Assembly (NCBI RefSeq): GCF_037042905.1
Contig: NC_087245.1
Span: 24,120,001-24,184,000 of the forward strand
Length of the DNA: 64,000 bases
From: Lytechinus pictus
Taxonomy: Eukaryota
Direction of reading: 5' to 3'
In this document: piece by piece, positions 61,292-64,000 of the stretch
Position numbering within the stretch: the first letter of the stretch is position 1
How the letters are laid out: each line of letters starts with the position of its first letter
Made by a program: the position numbers and the translations under genes
Notes under the pieces: model-generated
Told to the model about the DNA's origin: nothing
What the model saw: only the letters and a program-made list of their open reading frames with translations
The model's database searches: none

Positions 61292-63836
61292 TTAAGCTCT
61301 GAACAGATATTTAATTTATCATTTCGCAGAACAATGTGTATCCCGGGAAAGTGTTTTAAAATAATCTACCATAATTTCATTTTTTATATTCTTTTTCTTA
61401 TCATTTTCAATGCAGGTAAAGGTAGGATTTTTAATGAAGGGCCACGCACACGAGGACATTGACTAGCTATTCACCCGGGTTTCAACATTCATAACACGGC
61501 AAAACATACCAACACTTTCATCTCTGCTTCATCATATCCCACTCTCTTATCGAAAACCAAATACCACATCGGAAAGACTCAACGCAGTCTACAATGTGAG
61601 AGACTGGCTCAAACCTTGCCTGAACAAGATGTCACTGCACAGCTTTCCACATCAATTTAGAATCACAAAACACAATGGAAAAGCTGTGAACATTACACAC
61701 CAAGAAGTGGAGCAACAGCAGTGAATGGCAGGCTACAACTGGATGGGATAACATCATCACACATCACCCTCCAGGCCAACCATCCATTGTCCCTAAAGTA
61801 CATGATGCTATTACACTTACCAACCTCCAACGGGATATGCCAAAGTATGCCCCCTACTTTAGTATTGAAGAAAGACAGGAATGGGAGAATCTGCTAGCTA
61901 GCATGGAGGAAGGTGGTAAGTACAGTAGATCATCTTCATGTCTTTGTATTGGCTTTGTTTGTAAGAGGGAGGGCAAGGTTGCTGAAATGGCCGATACATT
62001 TTTTAATTTGATGTGGCTTCCATTATGAACTTCAATAGTCCTAGGTATATGAGGAAGTAATTTTCCGCATTAATTTTGTTGACAGGTGTTGCAAAAGCTT
62101 TTTAAAAAGTATTGGACAAAATTTACAAAGAAGAAGAATTTCCTGTGGAAATAATAAAAAGTTTGTCACTCAATACTGGCATCTCCTTTATACGTACACC
62201 CTTAAAATTAAAAGTATTAAAAGAATGAAAGCATTTATTTATTCACATGTCTAAACAGGTTCATAGGATCAGAGATATAATGACTGTTTTGCATCTTAGT
62301 CCTGTTGTATGAAAATAGTAATTATTATATCCTACATAGATTAAATCCTGTATGCTGATTGGTTTAAATAGCATCATGTGACCAAACATATTCTCATTAT
62401 TTTGCGGTGATGTCGAAAATGAAAGCCCACGGAAGAAAATGTGCTATTCCGTTATCACTGACGTCACTCGCAAGCACTAATACGCGCACTGAGCGCGTAG
62501 CGAAGCACTTCAGGAAAAGCAGGTCAGTCACTGAGTCAGCGGGGCTGGTTTGGTTCAGATTTTAAAAAAAGGATGTACAAGAACTAGATTATCAAGATCT
62601 ATTGCTCTAACTTATTAAAGTAGGATATAAAACAAATATATCAGGCCATTATTTGGAAAACTATGGAGGGAATTATTCATCCTCGGTTGTACTGGCAAAA
62701 TCATTATTTTTCCCTCAGGGCTTCGCCCCTCGGGGAAAAATAGTAATGCCAGTCCAACCTCGTATGAATAATTCCCGCTATACTCACTCAAAGCCTGGTA
62801 TATTTTTATACTATAATAAGGTATAATTAATATCAATAGGGGATAATGGTTGGAACTTCCAATCATTTATGCAAGCACTTATAGTTTGAAATTTGGGTCG
62901 GATTTATCTTACCACTTGTGCATATACTTCTTTTCATTCTATTGGGGATTTTTTTAAGGAATAGAAGACTCTGGTAAATGGCCACTGGTGGATATATTGA
63001 TGGATAAAGAGTCTCAGAATACACCACAAAGACATCTTGATCCAACTTCGGAATTCTCAAATGATGAACAGCAACCTATTCAAGCGGTAAGTAAATGTGT
63101 AAAAGTAGCCAAATTAATCCTGCCAGTACCCGCTTTCCTCACTTGGGTTGATTGCAGCACAATGTGGTTCAATTTCTTGCTGAAGAAAGTTAACCCATAG
63201 CTGGGATTCCAAACACTCAGAATTAATCACTTGTGCCCCATAATATGTTCATGTGCACTGAAACACTGTTAACTTGTATTGCCTTTGTAATAGATATTTA
63301 GATTTTTCTCATTGCAATATTTCAGGTCCATCTAAGGTACTAAGCAGAAAAGGCCTCAACAGCTAGTATTAAAACTGGGAGATATGGTTGCAGTCTACTT
63401 AGAAGAGTTCAGTAATGAGTGGCCGCGAGTGAGCAAAGTGTTGGAAATGACTTGAGACAGTGTGAAGCTGCATTGGTACTCAGGATCAGAAACGTCCATG
63501 TGGATATCACCTACCACATCAGTTCAAGGACAGAAGGGTCAGCCGTACACAGGAGAAGTCTCTCTTCAAGAAGTCTCTCTTCAAGAAGTCATTTCTTTCC
63601 CCTACAGTCTCACTAAAACAAACAAATTACCATAGGATATCCAGTGTCACTTGAAGGAAAAACGTGAAGAATACTTTGCATATTAGGTCTGTATGAACAT
63701 ACACTGTATTCATACCAATTTGGAATGAGTTTGTTTGTCCAGGACTCAAAAGCTGTATGTGTATATGGAAGCCACTTGAATTATGTATTTTTGTGATATT
63801 ACAATGTACCTATATGTTTCCACATTGGATATGGTG

Positions 63837-64000
63837 CCCGGGGGGGCCACTTACATTGACGAGTGGATACCATGCGCGACCAAAAAATATGTAAAAAGGA
63901 TGTCTTATTCAAGATTGGGCACGTTACGTACGTAACAAGGGTGTCAAAAACACAAAAATAATGGAAAAAGGGTATCTATTTCGCTAGGAAAGTTACGTGT
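63837..64000. mobile_element. left end of a CCCGGGGG-terminated DNA element, runs off window
   Basis: CCCGGGGGGGCCACTT terminus similar to 29892. Confidence 0.55.

Larger units (their letters stand above)
50913..63686 (+). pseudogene. intron-containing Sola-type (Sola2-like) DDD transposase pseudogene
   Basis: Exon remnants 50913-51032, 53963-54213 (CCRSYCL..ARRRF..QRLWILQYL / CKHGWRLILGITRTR), 55190-55460 (IHLPSCLT..VY..YFFRKWRQEMSHVTIPK), 56482-56603 (NRFSKCDIC), 61416-61915 (FLMKGHAHEDID*LF ... HSFPHQFR..KKWS), 62959-63086, 63326-63686 (GDMVAVY..KV..VKLHWY). Several frameshifts and stops (e.g. TAG at 61464); central catalytic exons not found. Confidence 0.78.

Overview
Eukaryotic, AT-rich, repeat-dense animal DNA. 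The poly-G/C-rich MITE and SINE landscape suggests a sea urchin or other echinoderm (inference, not proven). There are two convergent spliced genes. POLR1E/RPA49 (Pol I subunit) is on + with 10 resolved coding exons at 4800-14409, an unresolved start exon and one U12-type minor intron at 8303-8815. An MS4A/CD20-like four-TM protein with a Pro/Gln-rich tail is on - with 6 coding exons at 27905-21716. The right third holds a large intron-containing, inactivated Sola-type transposase gene (~50913-63686) riddled with nested MITEs. Also present are a ~2.4 kb 33-bp palindromic satellite with higher-order structure, tRNA-derived SINEs, a CR1/L2-group LINE remnant, and many non-autonomous DNA transposons. 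The most striking item is a 172-bp insertion at 35228-35399, flanked by a perfect 9-bp TSD. It has a 7SL/Alu-like head, a B box, a Deu/Nin-like core and a CA tail, making it a candidate 7SL-derived SINE in an invertebrate. All homology calls are from memory of the families, with no database search.
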